A DNA stretch of 64,000 bases from an uncultured Candidatus Binatia bacterium (GTDB taxonomy: Bacteria > Desulfobacterota > Binatia > Bin18): NCBI GenBank assembly GCA_965214605.1, contig OZ243961.1, positions 2,624,001-2,688,000 on the forward strand, read 5' to 3'. A model generated the notes under the pieces. The model was given only the letters and a program-made list of their open reading frames with translations, ran no database searches and was not told where the DNA came from. Each line of letters starts with the position of its first letter. Position 1 is the first letter of the stretch. Positions 1-9,681 of the stretch are shown piece by piece. Made by a program: the position numbers and the translations under genes.

Positions 1-345
1 GGATCAATTGTCAATATTTCATCGGTCGCCGGGCTGGTCGGGCTGCCGAACATCCCCGCTTACCAGGCCAGTAAGGGCGCGGTGCGGCTGCTGACCAAAA
101 ATGCCGCCGTCCAGTACGCCCAGGATAATATTCGGGTGAACTCTATTCATCCAGGCCGAATTGAAACCCCGATGACCGCCCCGTTGGCGTCCGAACGCCG
201 GGAGATGGTGCTCAATCTGACCCCGCTCAAACGGGACGGGAAACCCCGAGAGGTGGCCTACGGCGCTCTGTTTCTGGCGTCTGATGAGTCTTCGTACGTG
301 ACCGGGGCGGAACTGGTCATCGACGGGGGCTTCACCGCTCAATAG
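1..345 (+). CDS. Short-chain dehydrogenase/reductase, 5'-truncated by the window edge
   Basis: Frame open from base 1: GSIVNISSVAG...YQASKGAV (YxxxK), IRVNSIHPG, YVTGAELVIDGG. Confidence 0.9.
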   Translation, partial: GSIVNISSVAGLVGLPNIPAYQASKGAVRLLTKNAAVQYAQDNIRVNSIHPGRIETPMTAPLASERREMVLNLTPLKRDGKPREVAYGALFLASDESSYVTGAELVIDGGFTAQ

Positions 346-357
346 GAGGCAGGCAAG

Positions 358-1104
358 ATGACGCCCAGAGTATTCTTCCGACCCGGCTGAAGCTCGTGCG
401 CCAAAACGAAAGAGTTGCTTTCGTCGTGGGGAGTTGCTTTTGAGGAGATCAATGTTGAGCAAGATCCGCAGGCAGGAGCCGAGCTCAAACGCCGCCAGGT
501 CCCGCTCGTCCCGGCTGTTGCGCTTGGTGATCAGATTGTGCACGGCTGGGACCCGCCCGCCCTCGCCGCCTTGGTTGGCGTGGCTTATTCAGCTCCCCCA
601 CAGCTTTCACCGCCGGAACTTGCCGTACAGCTTGACCGGATTCTGGAAGCCGCCCAACGGGCACTTCGGCCCCTCTCTGTCGAACAGCTGCAGACCACAG
701 CTCCTGACCGCGCCCGAACGCTGCGTGATATCGGGTATCATATCTTTCGTCTCAGCCTCGGCTTTCACGACGCGGCCCAACAAGGACGCTTCCCGGCGGC
801 CTGGCTGCTGGAAGCCGTGCCGACCGATATGGGCGATGGAGCAGCCCTGGCACGCTATGGAGAAACGGTGCGGGCCCGTCTGTCAGGCTGGTTTGCCACA
901 CACCCCGGCCAGCCGTTTTCTGTCCCGGTGCAAACCTACTATGGACCTCAGTCTCTCCACGCCCTGTTGGAGCGGACCAATTGGCATGCGGTCCAACATC
1001 TGCGCCAGGTGTACGCCCTGCTAGAGACGGCTGGACTGACTCCCGAGCGGTCCCTCGGCGCCTGGGATTACGTTGGCCTGCCGCTGCCGGATTCGATTTG
1101 GTAA
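358..1104 (+). CDS. Probable selenoprotein: glutaredoxin-like domain (UxxC) fused to a DinB/YfiT-like domain
   Basis: AGGAGG then ATG 358; reads MTPRVFFRPG-TGA(388-390)-SSCAKTKELL, in frame with ORF 415..1104; TGA sits at the first Cys of the Grx CxxC; DinB His motifs (GYHIF, WHAVQH). Confidence 0.8.
401..429 (+). promoter_or_regulatory. Candidate bacterial SECIS hairpin
   Basis: ACGAAAG(406-412)/CTTTCGT(418-424) 7-bp stem with loop AGTTG; lower CCA/TGG pairing; loop begins 22 nt after the in-frame TGA. Confidence 0.65.
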
Positions 1105-1123
1105 GAGAGGCAACGTCGTATCC

Positions 1124-2143
1124 ATGATCAGTGTTCTTGTCCTGTTCAAACGCATCATCAGAACGCTCCGCAAGGATAGACTGGACCGCGTCGTGCTGGC
1201 TCTGGTGGTGATCACGCTTGTCGGCATGCTGGGCATGGCCTACTTTGACTCTCTGCCTTTGGCCGACTCGCTCTGGTGGACAATTGTGACCATTACCACT
1301 GTTGGCTACGGGGATATTTCTCCGGCATCTCTGGGCGGGAGGATTGTTGGCGTGTTGCTGATGCTGTTTGGCATTGGCTTTCTGGGCCTGTTGACGGCGA
1401 CCCTGGCCAGTAGCTTTGTTGAGGAACGACGGCAGGAGGGAAAAGGCGTGAATCCGGTACATGTGGCTCAGCATCTGCTGCTGTGCGGCTGGAGTTATAA
1501 AGCTAAGGAAATTGTCGAAGAGGTCCGGGCCGATGATGCAGTCCAGATCCGTCCGGTGGTCCTGATCGCCGAGTTGACGGAAAAACCCCTGGAAGATGAC
1601 CAGGTGTACTTTGTGACTGGAGCGGTCACGCAGCAGACCCTGTATAAGGCGAACGCTGGGCAGGCCCAGGCGGCCATTGTCTTATCCGATGAGAGTATTG
1701 AGGCCCATACCAGAGACGCCAAGACCATTCTGGACACACTGACGATCAAGTCGACATATCCAGACCTATACACCAGTGTGGAGCTGGCCGACTCCAAAAA
1801 TGTCGAACACTGCCGGTTGGCCAAGGCCGATGAGATTATTGTCTCGGGCGAGCTGAGTACCAATCTTCTCGTGCGAGCCAGCTTCGACCACGGCGTGACG
1901 CAAATTATTACCGAGCTGGTGAGCAACCGCTTTGGGAGTGAAATTTATAAAACCGTACCGCCCCCCAAATGCGTGGGCCGACCTTTCCTTGAGGTGTTGA
2001 CCCTGTTGAAGATGGACCACAATATTATTGTTGTGGCGGTTGAGAGCGCCAAACAAGGACACTTTCTTGCGAACCCTCCGAATAGCTATATAATTGACGA
2101 AAGAGATCGTCTCGTCGTGGTTGGCAAAGATCGTCAGGCGTAG
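1124..2143 (+). CDS. Potassium channel (2TM pore plus RCK/TrkA domain)
   Basis: TTVGYGD selectivity filter; cytoplasmic Rossmann-like RCK domain (LLCGWS...AQAAIVLS); ATG 1124 chosen as start. Confidence 0.9.
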   Translation: MISVLVLFKRIIRTLRKDRLDRVVLALVVITLVGMLGMAYFDSLPLADSLWWTIVTITTVGYGDISPASLGGRIVGVLLMLFGIGFLGLLTATLASSFVEERRQEGKGVNPVHVAQHLLLCGWSYKAKEIVEEVRADDAVQIRPVVLIAELTEKPLEDDQVYFVTGAVTQQTLYKANAGQAQAAIVLSDESIEAHTRDAKTILDTLTIKSTYPDLYTSVELADSKNVEHCRLAKADEIIVSGELSTNLLVRASFDHGVTQIITELVSNRFGSEIYKTVPPPKCVGRPFLEVLTLLKMDHNIIVVAVESAKQGHFLANPPNSYIIDERDRLVVVGKDRQA

Positions 2144-2156
2144 GAGGAAAGCAGGT

Positions 2157-2555
2157 ATGTCCTCAGAGTATTTTGAGACGGTAAAGACATTTTTGTTAGA
2201 CTTGGGTTATGCGGTGACAGAGGAAGACCCGGACCAGCAATTGGTACTTGTCCGGGATGAAGAAAATGGGATTACCGATCTGATCGTGGATTGTGAAGAT
2301 CCGATTCTCATCCTTGAGCAGATGATCTTGCCGGTTCCGAGCAATCCGGGCGCGCTGTTTGAGCGGTTGCTCCAAATGAACCGGACGCTCGTCCATGGCG
2401 CGTTTGTGTTGGACGAGACCAGCAAAATGGTGTTGTTTCGGGATACGTTGCGCCTAGAAAACCTGGATATGAACGAATTAGAAGGCTCTATTGAAGCGCT
2501 CAGCTTGGCCCTGGCCGAAAATGCCGACGAGTTGTTGGCCTTTAGCAAACAATGA
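2157..2555 (+). CDS. YbjN/CesT-like chaperone-fold protein
   Basis: LLQMNRTLVHGAFVLDE...FRDTLRLENLD pattern; AGGAGG RBS; directly upstream of pspA. Confidence 0.7.
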   Translation: MSSEYFETVKTFLLDLGYAVTEEDPDQQLVLVRDEENGITDLIVDCEDPILILEQMILPVPSNPGALFERLLQMNRTLVHGAFVLDETSKMVLFRDTLRLENLDMNELEGSIEALSLALAENADELLAFSKQ

Positions 2556-2567
2556 GGGAGACCACCT

Positions 2568-3287
2568 ATGGCAAGTGTTTTTCAGCGACTGTTTAAGTTC
2601 GGACAATCCGAGGCGCACGCGGCTCTCGATAAATTTGAAGACCCGATAAAAATGACCGAGCAGGGGATCCGCGATCTCAAGCGTGACCTCCAGGCAAGTA
2701 TGAGCAGTTTGGCCGAGGTCAAAGCCATTGCCATCCGGCTCAGACGGGACACCGATAACAATAAAAGCATGGCCGCCGAGTACGAGCGCAAGGCCATGAT
2801 GCTGCTCCAAAGAATGCAAAACGGCGCGCTTGACCAGACCGAGGCGGAGCGCTTGGCCGGGGAAGCCCTGCGGCGCAAAGAAGAGTGCCTGGAAAAGGCC
2901 ACTCGTACACAAAAGGACTGGGAAACGCAGGATACCATGGCTTCCCAGCTCCAGGGGAAAATCGAGAAGCTCAAATCAACCGTCTCAAAGTATGAAAACG
3001 ATCTGGTCACCCTCAAAGCGCGGGCCAAAACCGCGGCTTCGACCAAGAAGATCAATCAGCAGCTGTCCAAGATCGATTCATCTGGCACGATCGCCATGCT
3101 GGAAAAGATGCGCACCAAGGTTGAAGAAGACGAGTCGCTAGCCCAGGCTTACGGCTCAATAGCCGATGCCGACCAGACCATTGAGGACGAGATTGACAGC
3201 GCGCTGACCTCCAAAACCGCGCCGGCGACCAGCAGCGCCCTGGCCGACCTGAAGGCCAAAATGGGGATTATCGCCGCCGGCTCATAG
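2568..3287 (+). CDS. pspA: PspA/IM30 family protein
   Basis: N-terminal amphipathic FQRLFK, EDPIKMTEQ.IRDL, long coiled coil, LADLKAKMG C-terminus. Confidence 0.9.
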   Translation: MASVFQRLFKFGQSEAHAALDKFEDPIKMTEQGIRDLKRDLQASMSSLAEVKAIAIRLRRDTDNNKSMAAEYERKAMMLLQRMQNGALDQTEAERLAGEALRRKEECLEKATRTQKDWETQDTMASQLQGKIEKLKSTVSKYENDLVTLKARAKTAASTKKINQQLSKIDSSGTIAMLEKMRTKVEEDESLAQAYGSIADADQTIEDEIDSALTSKTAPATSSALADLKAKMGIIAAGS

Positions 3288-3304
3288 CACAAAGGAGAAC
3301 GCTG

Positions 3305-3856
3305 GTGGCATTCCGGGACTGGTTAAAGGGCTTGTTTGCCGACAAAGAGCCAGAGCTAGATCCACTTGAGCTTTCCCTGGCCGACCTGAAAAAGGGCTAT
3401 CTGGTCGACTACGACCTCAAAACCTGGCAGGTCGCCAGTCACAATACCTATGACTTTGACGGTGACCGAGCCGAGGAGTGGGAACTGTTCTCGGGTGATG
3501 ACCGCTGCTATCTCGGCGTTGAGCGGGACGACGAGGACGAGTGGTCAATCAGCCGCAAGATTGCGTTTTCGGCGCTCGGCACAGAGATTAAAGACCACTT
3601 GATCAAGCACGACGACCCGCCTGGGACAATTGTGTACGATGGGACCCGTTACACCCTTGAAGAGAGCGGCGCAGGGCATTTCTTTGCCGATGGCCGGGTA
3701 GCGGGCGATGAGATGATCTACTGGGATTACACGGACGAGACGGGTGAGAAACTACTTACCCTCGAACAGTGGGGCGAGACCGAGTTTGAAGCCTCTGTTG
3801 GCAAGACGGTTCAGGCCTACGAATTTCGGAATATTTTGCCCAAGCACCAGGGGTGA
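3305..3856 (+). CDS. DUF4178-like protein
   Basis: Acidic beta-rich protein (YDLKTWQV, EWEL, YWDY..LEQW); typical pspA-speE neighbourhood. Confidence 0.7.
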   Translation: MAFRDWLKGLFADKEPELDPLELSLADLKKGYLVDYDLKTWQVASHNTYDFDGDRAEEWELFSGDDRCYLGVERDDEDEWSISRKIAFSALGTEIKDHLIKHDDPPGTIVYDGTRYTLEESGAGHFFADGRVAGDEMIYWDYTDETGEKLLTLEQWGETEFEASVGKTVQAYEFRNILPKHQG

Positions 3857-4305
3857 CGAGGGGATGTCGAAACGGCGGCCCATCATCTCGGTGCGCTTCC
3901 CCGGAAAATGAATGCCCCTGGGTTCTTGGAGTTTTTCCAGCGGAACTCGGCGTAGCCCCCCAGACCCCGTCATGCCACCAACGGGTGGGGAAACAGGCCG
4001 TCGAACCTTCCCCCTGATCGGATTCACGCGCGCTCCCCAGCGGCGCCAAACGCCCGCCTGCCCTCACCCGGCTCACACTTGATGGAAGACGGGGGTGAAG
4101 AATCTCTGCCGCTCTCCTCAAGATTGGGTGGGAGAACTGCAAGCCGTGTTGACGTCCCTAGGCCGTAAGAGTCTCTCGACAATGGGACCCGGCTGCCCCC
4201 CAAGAGAGCAGAGCACACGATCTCCCCCATCCTCAGACCGAGGTGGGGGGTCTGGACAATCCGACGACGAGCTGCGGTGGACCGCGGGGAGTGCTTGGAG
4301 AGCTC

Positions 4306-5850
4306 TTAATACACCTCCCAGCGGCCGCGTCTATAATACTCGTGTAGAACCGGCTGGAGTTCGTTGTTCACACTGATCTGAGTGCTGTCGTCAAAAACAC
4401 CCTTGCCAAAGTGGGTCATGGACAGGAGTGCCTCTTGGTTGAGAAAGCGCGTCTCAAGATGATCAAAGGACAGCCCTAAGAGGGCCTCCTTGAGGGCCTT
4501 GTGCTCCATCAGGCTTGCGTCCACCCCCAACACAAATCCCCACTCCCCCATCGTTGGAATGTGGTTGTGGTAGGCCAGCGGACTCAGGCCGGCCGCTTGG
4601 AACGTCTTGTAGATACACACAAACGCCTTACGGGTAAACGATGGACTCGTTGCCTGGGTTACAACCACCCCGCCCCGTTTGAGCTGTTTTTTGCACAGGC
4701 GGTAGAAGTCGAGCGAGTACAGACGCGCCAGAACAACGGAATTTGGATCTGGCAGGTCAATGATAATCACATCAAAGAGCCGCCGGGCCGTCTGTAAAAA
4801 GGTGAACGCATCGGCGTGCACAATTTCAACCCGGGGATCGCTCAGGGCGTTGTCGTTGAGCTGGACGAGGACCGGATGCGAAGCTGCCAGTTCAGTCATG
4901 GCCGGGTCGAGATCAACAAGGGTGAGGCGGCTGACCGCCGGATATTTGAGAACTTCCCGCGCCGCCAGTCCGTCCCCCCCGCCCAGAATCAGCACCTCGT
5001 ATCCATCGGTCATCAACGATTTGCCGACGAGGCTCAGAGCGGGGTGAACTAAGGGCTCATGATAGCGCTCCTCGTCATAGCTGCTGAACTGCTGGTTGCC
5101 GTTGATGTACAGCCAGTAATACTCTCGCCAGCGCGTCATGACCAGCCGCTGGTAGGTCGTCTGTTTCACTAAGATGATGGTATCTTTGTAGAGCGCTTGC
5201 TCGCCAAACAAGACAATCGGTTTGGCCCACGCAGCAAGGATGAAGAGACCGCTGCTCACCCCGACCCACAGCCCCAACATGAGTCGCGGGCGGGCAAACA
5301 CGGACCGAAAGCGAAACACAAACACGGAGGCGACGACAAAATTCACCACTCCTAGCGCAATCGGGGTATAGGTCAGGCCGAGATACGGCAGGGCTACAAA
5401 GGCAAAGACGAGGCCACCCACCAAGGCTCCGTAATAGTCCTTTTCCAGGACCGAGGAGATATTCACCCGCAGTTCTTCATAGCCGGCGTTGACACGGGTG
5501 ATGAGCGGGATTTCCATGCCGATCAACAGGCCAATAGCAATCGCCAAGGGGTAGATCACGACCCCGGCATTGTTCACAAACGCAGAGAGGGCATAGCTGG
5601 CGGCGGCCGCACTCGCGCACAGGAGCGACAGGCCGAATTCGATAACGGTAAAGGTATCAAGCAGCGCAGCGCTAAAGGAGCGGCTCAGACGGCTTCCCAC
5701 CCCCATAGCAAACAGCATCAGCGACATCAGCAGGGTCCACTGAAGCGTGGCATTGCCGAGAAAGTAGCTGGCCAGGGTACACAGCACAAACTCGGCCACA
5801 ATGCCTGCGCAGCCAGTGGCAAACAGGCACAGCTTCAGCAGGCTAGACAC
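4306..5850 (-). CDS. speE: Membrane-anchored polyamine aminopropyltransferase (spermidine synthase-like)
   Basis: N-terminal multi-TM region, then LILGGGDG, LVDLD, DVIIIDLPDP motifs. Confidence 0.9.
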   Translation of the reverse strand: MSSLLKLCLFATGCAGIVAEFVLCTLASYFLGNATLQWTLLMSLMLFAMGVGSRLSRSFSAALLDTFTVIEFGLSLLCASAAAASYALSAFVNNAGVVIYPLAIAIGLLIGMEIPLITRVNAGYEELRVNISSVLEKDYYGALVGGLVFAFVALPYLGLTYTPIALGVVNFVVASVFVFRFRSVFARPRLMLGLWVGVSSGLFILAAWAKPIVLFGEQALYKDTIILVKQTTYQRLVMTRWREYYWLYINGNQQFSSYDEERYHEPLVHPALSLVGKSLMTDGYEVLILGGGDGLAAREVLKYPAVSRLTLVDLDPAMTELAASHPVLVQLNDNALSDPRVEIVHADAFTFLQTARRLFDVIIIDLPDPNSVVLARLYSLDFYRLCKKQLKRGGVVVTQATSPSFTRKAFVCIYKTFQAAGLSPLAYHNHIPTMGEWGFVLGVDASLMEHKALKEALLGLSFDHLETRFLNQEALLSMTHFGKGVFDDSTQISVNNELQPVLHEYYRRGRWEVY

Positions 5851-6688
5851 ACCAGATGATCAGGAAAGATGCGCCCACATAGGAGAACATCTCCAGACAG
5901 GCCACGCCGAGATGGGGCTGGTCTTGTTCGACGAGCTTGGCCGAGATGCTAGTGCCGGGCAGCAAGATCTTGTCCGTTGCGAAACGAACCACGGGCAGGA
6001 AGAGGAGCCCGACTAGGGCATAGCTGCCAAAGGCCATAAAATTGCTCTGCCAGGAGAAGAATTCCTCGCTAGCGGCAAAGCCTAAGATGTTGCCCATTGC
6101 AATGAGGGCTCCGGCAAAGCTGACCCCAACCGCGACATTATCACGCTCAATCTCGCTATGAATGCTATAGGGGGTAATCCACTCGTACATCAGCCCGGTG
6201 AGTATCAGCCCGAGCTGCCCCACGCTCCAGAAGGCCAGCGCGGTCCAGATCGTTCCGGTTTCACCGGACAAGGCGCCAAACAGGATGAGACCAGTGGCAA
6301 TATATATCCCGGCTTCGGTTATGCCGGTGCCCGCATTATGGTCGTGGATGATTTCCTTTTCGTTCTCGAACTGAAACAAAATCAGCTTATCGCTGACCAC
6401 GGTTGAGATGTTGAGGAGGACGATGCCCAAGGGACCGTATAGGAGGATATCGACCACATCTTCCACTAGACCGTGTGACGGACCGCTGAGCACCCCGCCG
6501 ATGGTCAAAATCAGTCCCAAGTAATAGCCGACCAGCGCCAAAGCCAGGGCAACATTATCGTTGTCCACGAGCTCTTCTTTGACACGGAACCCACGGTGCA
6601 GCAGATCAAAAACCCGCTTGCCAAGCCAAAACAAGGCGTAGGCACAGAGGAGATAGAAAAAGGCGAGGATGAGGGAATCGAGAGTCAT
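5843..6688 (-). CDS. DUF350 membrane protein (tandem domains)
   Basis: Repeated 'E...DNVA' motif between hydrophobic helices; overlaps the speE start. Confidence 0.75.
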   Translation of the reverse strand: MTLDSLILAFFYLLCAYALFWLGKRVFDLLHRGFRVKEELVDNDNVALALALVGYYLGLILTIGGVLSGPSHGLVEDVVDILLYGPLGIVLLNISTVVSDKLILFQFENEKEIIHDHNAGTGITEAGIYIATGLILFGALSGETGTIWTALAFWSVGQLGLILTGLMYEWITPYSIHSEIERDNVAVGVSFAGALIAMGNILGFAASEEFFSWQSNFMAFGSYALVGLLFLPVVRFATDKILLPGTSISAKLVEQDQPHLGVACLEMFSYVGASFLIIWCV

Positions 6689-6703
6689 GGCCTATTGAGT
6701 CGT

Positions 6704-7411
6704 CTATTTACCAGAACCGAAGCTGCGGGAGCGAAACGAGGAGCTGCTGCTGCGCCCTACCCGGCTTTGGAACTTTTGGCGAAACCGCTGCTGACTCGCC
6801 ACCTCGCGCGTTTGGCGGCGCTCAAAAAAATCCGGGTTGCTCTGTTTGGTTCTCGTGCCGTTGGTGCCGTACTCGCGACCGGTCCGGCCGTAGTAGGGAC
6901 GCCTTTGGTCCCGGTAACTGCGGTATCGGTCATAATCCCGGCGAAAGATAGATCCTCCGGCCAAACCGAGCACGTCTCTGAGCAGCGCGTATTTGCCATA
7001 AAACTCCCAAAAGGAGCTGCCGCTGCTATCGGTCTTCCACTGCCCGTATTTTTCGTTGCCAACGTAGTGGTAGGGGGCCGGATGGGGGGTGGTATTCTCT
7101 TGCTCCTTGTTCTTTGAAGCTAGGCTCAGGCCGAGGAAGTTTTCATTTCTTCGATAGAACTGTTCGGAAATCTCAAGCCATTTGGTTGACCAGACCTGCT
7201 CGCCCTGCAAGACCTTGTATTTATGGTAATATGCTGGAAAGAAGATGCCCTCCTCACGCATATCCTCCAAGATGATAGTGTACTCGGGCGCGTCGCGCAG
7301 TTGGGCTTTAAGATTGTCGAGAGGAGACAAGGAGCTAGAACAGCCTGACGACACCAGGCCGATGATCAGGAACAGGCCGAGGAGGCTCGGGGTGGAGAAG
7401 ATACGACGCAT
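6704..7411 (-). CDS. Hypothetical lipoprotein with Arg/Ser-rich tail
   Basis: Signal peptide ending SSGC; FWEFYGKY motif; RSRSFGSGK tail. Confidence 0.65.
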   Translation of the reverse strand: MRRIFSTPSLLGLFLIIGLVSSGCSSSLSPLDNLKAQLRDAPEYTIILEDMREEGIFFPAYYHKYKVLQGEQVWSTKWLEISEQFYRRNENFLGLSLASKNKEQENTTPHPAPYHYVGNEKYGQWKTDSSGSSFWEFYGKYALLRDVLGLAGGSIFRRDYDRYRSYRDQRRPYYGRTGREYGTNGTRTKQSNPDFFERRQTREVASQQRFRQKFQSRVGRSSSSSFRSRSFGSGK

Positions 7412-7516
7412 TGTGTGTCCTTGTCACCGGCCATACTTAGGATGAACAAACTTGGGGTCGGCGTCAAGCTGAAGGGACACGAGGAATGACGGAGCATTCC
7501 TCGTTCTACCAAGACC

Positions 7517-7876
7517 ATGTCTAAAATAGGAACCCATCTGCTGGCCGACCTGTATGGGATAGACCTGGCTCTGCTGAGAGACGAGGGAGTGCTGCTCGGC
7601 GTCTTTCGCGCCGCGCTTGACAACGCCGGTTTTACCGTGCTCTCCCACCTCAGCCACCGCTTTGCCGACGGCGGACAAGGCGTGACCGGTATGTTTCTGT
7701 TGTCCGTATCCCACGCTACCTTCCACACCTTCCCTGAACACGGCTATATGGCGGTGGATATTTTTTCGTGTGGCAGCGCCGATCCACACGCGGTGCTCGG
7801 CGTCCTGACCAAGACCTTTGCGCCCCACACCGTGCGCACCCAGCGGGCGGACAGGGGGAAGAAAGACGGGGCGTGA
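7517..7876 (+). CDS. speD: S-adenosylmethionine decarboxylase proenzyme (variant cleavage motif VSH)
   Basis: GTHLLADLYG, GVTG..LLS-V-SHATFHTFPEHGY.AVDIFSCG. Confidence 0.8.
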   Translation: MSKIGTHLLADLYGIDLALLRDEGVLLGVFRAALDNAGFTVLSHLSHRFADGGQGVTGMFLLSVSHATFHTFPEHGYMAVDIFSCGSADPHAVLGVLTKTFAPHTVRTQRADRGKKDGA

Positions 7877-7912
7877 CCAAGACCGGGCCGAGGTGCGCCG
7901 GGACCCGCCTCC

Positions 7913-8884
7913 CTAGTCGGCTTTGATCTTCTTAATCTCCTCGGTCAGCTCTGGCACGGCCTGAAACAGGTCAGCCACTAAACCGTAATCGGACACATTG
8001 AAGATCGGGGCTTCAGGATCTTTGTTGATTGAGACAATGATCTTGGAGTCCTTCATCCCCGCTAAGTGCTGAATGGCCCCGGAGATACCGACCGCAAAGT
8101 ACAGCTCGGGCGCAACCACCTTCCCGGTCTGGCCGACTTGCAGGTCATTTGGCACAAAGCCGGCATCCACCGCCGCCCGACTAGCCCCCATGGCGGCGCC
8201 CATGGCGTCAACGAGGGGCTCAAGATACTCTTTGAAGTTCTCTCCGGACTTCAGGCCTCGACCGCCGGAAATCACAATACTCGCGTCGGTGAGCGTCGGC
8301 CGGTCAGAGGTAATCTCGTTAAAGGCAACAAATCGCATCTGCTGGTCGGCCGCCTCGAAGCGTACCTCAACCCCTTCAACTGGCGATTGGTCGCCCGGCT
8401 GGGCGGCGTCAAATGCCGTGCCACGCACAGATACGACCTTGACCGCCCCGTCCAGAGATACCCTTGCGATGGCATTGCCAGCATACATCGGACGCTGAAA
8501 CGTCCCGTCGTCATGAATCCCCACGATGTCGCTGGCCATCCCGACACCAAGACGGGCGGCGACACGGGGAAGCACATCTTTGCCCTGAGCGGTGGATGTT
8601 GCGAGCAGGAGCGAGACATCGTGGCGAGTGATCAGCTGTTCGAGTGCGGCGGCATACACATCGGCCAGATAGGTGACCAGTGCCGGGTCGTCCGCGGCCA
8701 GGACTTTGGCCGCGCCATAGCCGGCCGCTTGTTGCGCCACCCCATCCACCTCAGAGCCCAGGACCGCGACTAGCACGTCTCCGCCGAGTTTTCCGGCCGC
8801 CTCTTTGCCGGCCTGAATAGCGATCAGCGTGCTCTTTGGTAACTGTCCGTTTTTTGTTTCGGCATAGACAAGTATATTCCCCAT
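7913..8884 (-). CDS. etfA: Electron transfer flavoprotein alpha subunit
   Basis: [41 protein letters not shown]. Confidence 0.95.
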   Translation of the reverse strand: MGNILVYAETKNGQLPKSTLIAIQAGKEAAGKLGGDVLVAVLGSEVDGVAQQAAGYGAAKVLAADDPALVTYLADVYAAALEQLITRHDVSLLLATSTAQGKDVLPRVAARLGVGMASDIVGIHDDGTFQRPMYAGNAIARVSLDGAVKVVSVRGTAFDAAQPGDQSPVEGVEVRFEAADQQMRFVAFNEITSDRPTLTDASIVISGGRGLKSGENFKEYLEPLVDAMGAAMGASRAAVDAGFVPNDLQVGQTGKVVAPELYFAVGISGAIQHLAGMKDSKIIVSINKDPEAPIFNVSDYGLVADLFQAVPELTEEIKKIKAD

Positions 8885-8894
8885 GAGAGGCTCC

Positions 8895-9650
8895 TCAGAT
8901 CGCTTTTGCTTCGGTGTGCAGCAGCTCGACAAGTTCTTGAACCGACTCGACAATTTTGCCGGCCTCTTTCTTAGGTGGCGGCTGCATGGACTGCACGCTG
9001 AGGTGCAGAGTGGTGTCCGTGCCAAGGTCCGCCAGCGGAATCTCTTTGATCTCTTTTTTGCGCGCCTTCATAATACCCGGCAGCGAGGCGTAGCGCGGCT
9101 CGTTGAGGCGCAGGTCAGCGGTGACCAGACCCGGCAAGGCAAAGGCGATGGTTTCTAAACCGCCGTCCACCTCACGCACCACCTCGACCGACTGTTGATC
9201 GTCGGACACGTTGACCTCAGAGGCAAACGTCGCCTGCGGCCAGCCCAGCAGGGCGGCTAGCATCTGTCCGGCTTGATTTGAGTCGTCGTCAATCGCCTGT
9301 TTGCCCATGAGGACGAGGTCTGGGCTCTCGCTGTCGACGAGCTTGGCCAGCACCCGCGCCACGCCAAGGGGGTCGAGATCTTGATCGGTCAGCACCAACA
9401 GGGCTCGGTCGGCTCCCATTGCCAGCCCAGTCCGGAGCTGTTCGGTATTGACCTTTTGGCCAATGCTGGCCAGGATCACTTCACTGCCGCCGACTTGTTC
9501 CTTGAGTCGGAGTCCTTCCTCAATCGCGATTTCATCAAAAGGGTTGATTACATACTTCACATTATCCGTGACAATTCCCGAGTTGTCGGAATTGATCCGA
9601 ATCGTGGTCTCTGGGTCGGGCACCCGCTTGACTGTAACAAGTATCTTCAC
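8895..9650 (-). CDS. etfB: Electron transfer flavoprotein beta subunit
   Basis: [45 protein letters not shown]. Confidence 0.95.
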   Translation of the reverse strand: MKILVTVKRVPDPETTIRINSDNSGIVTDNVKYVINPFDEIAIEEGLRLKEQVGGSEVILASIGQKVNTEQLRTGLAMGADRALLVLTDQDLDPLGVARVLAKLVDSESPDLVLMGKQAIDDDSNQAGQMLAALLGWPQATFASEVNVSDDQQSVEVVREVDGGLETIAFALPGLVTADLRLNEPRYASLPGIMKARKKEIKEIPLADLGTDTTLHLSVQSMQPPPKKEAGKIVESVQELVELLHTEAKAI

Positions 9651-9681
9651 CGATTCATTCCTCCTCAGAAGAGCATGCCGT

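Noticed and set aside
4143-4197. GTCCC...AATGGGAC resembles an HDV-like ribozyme end
   Set aside because: The nested double-pseudoknot order (P1/P3 strands) cannot be built
7480-7503. 9-bp hairpin in the speD leader, considered as a regulatory RNA
   Set aside because: A single short stem with no recognisable aptamer motif is insufficient evidence
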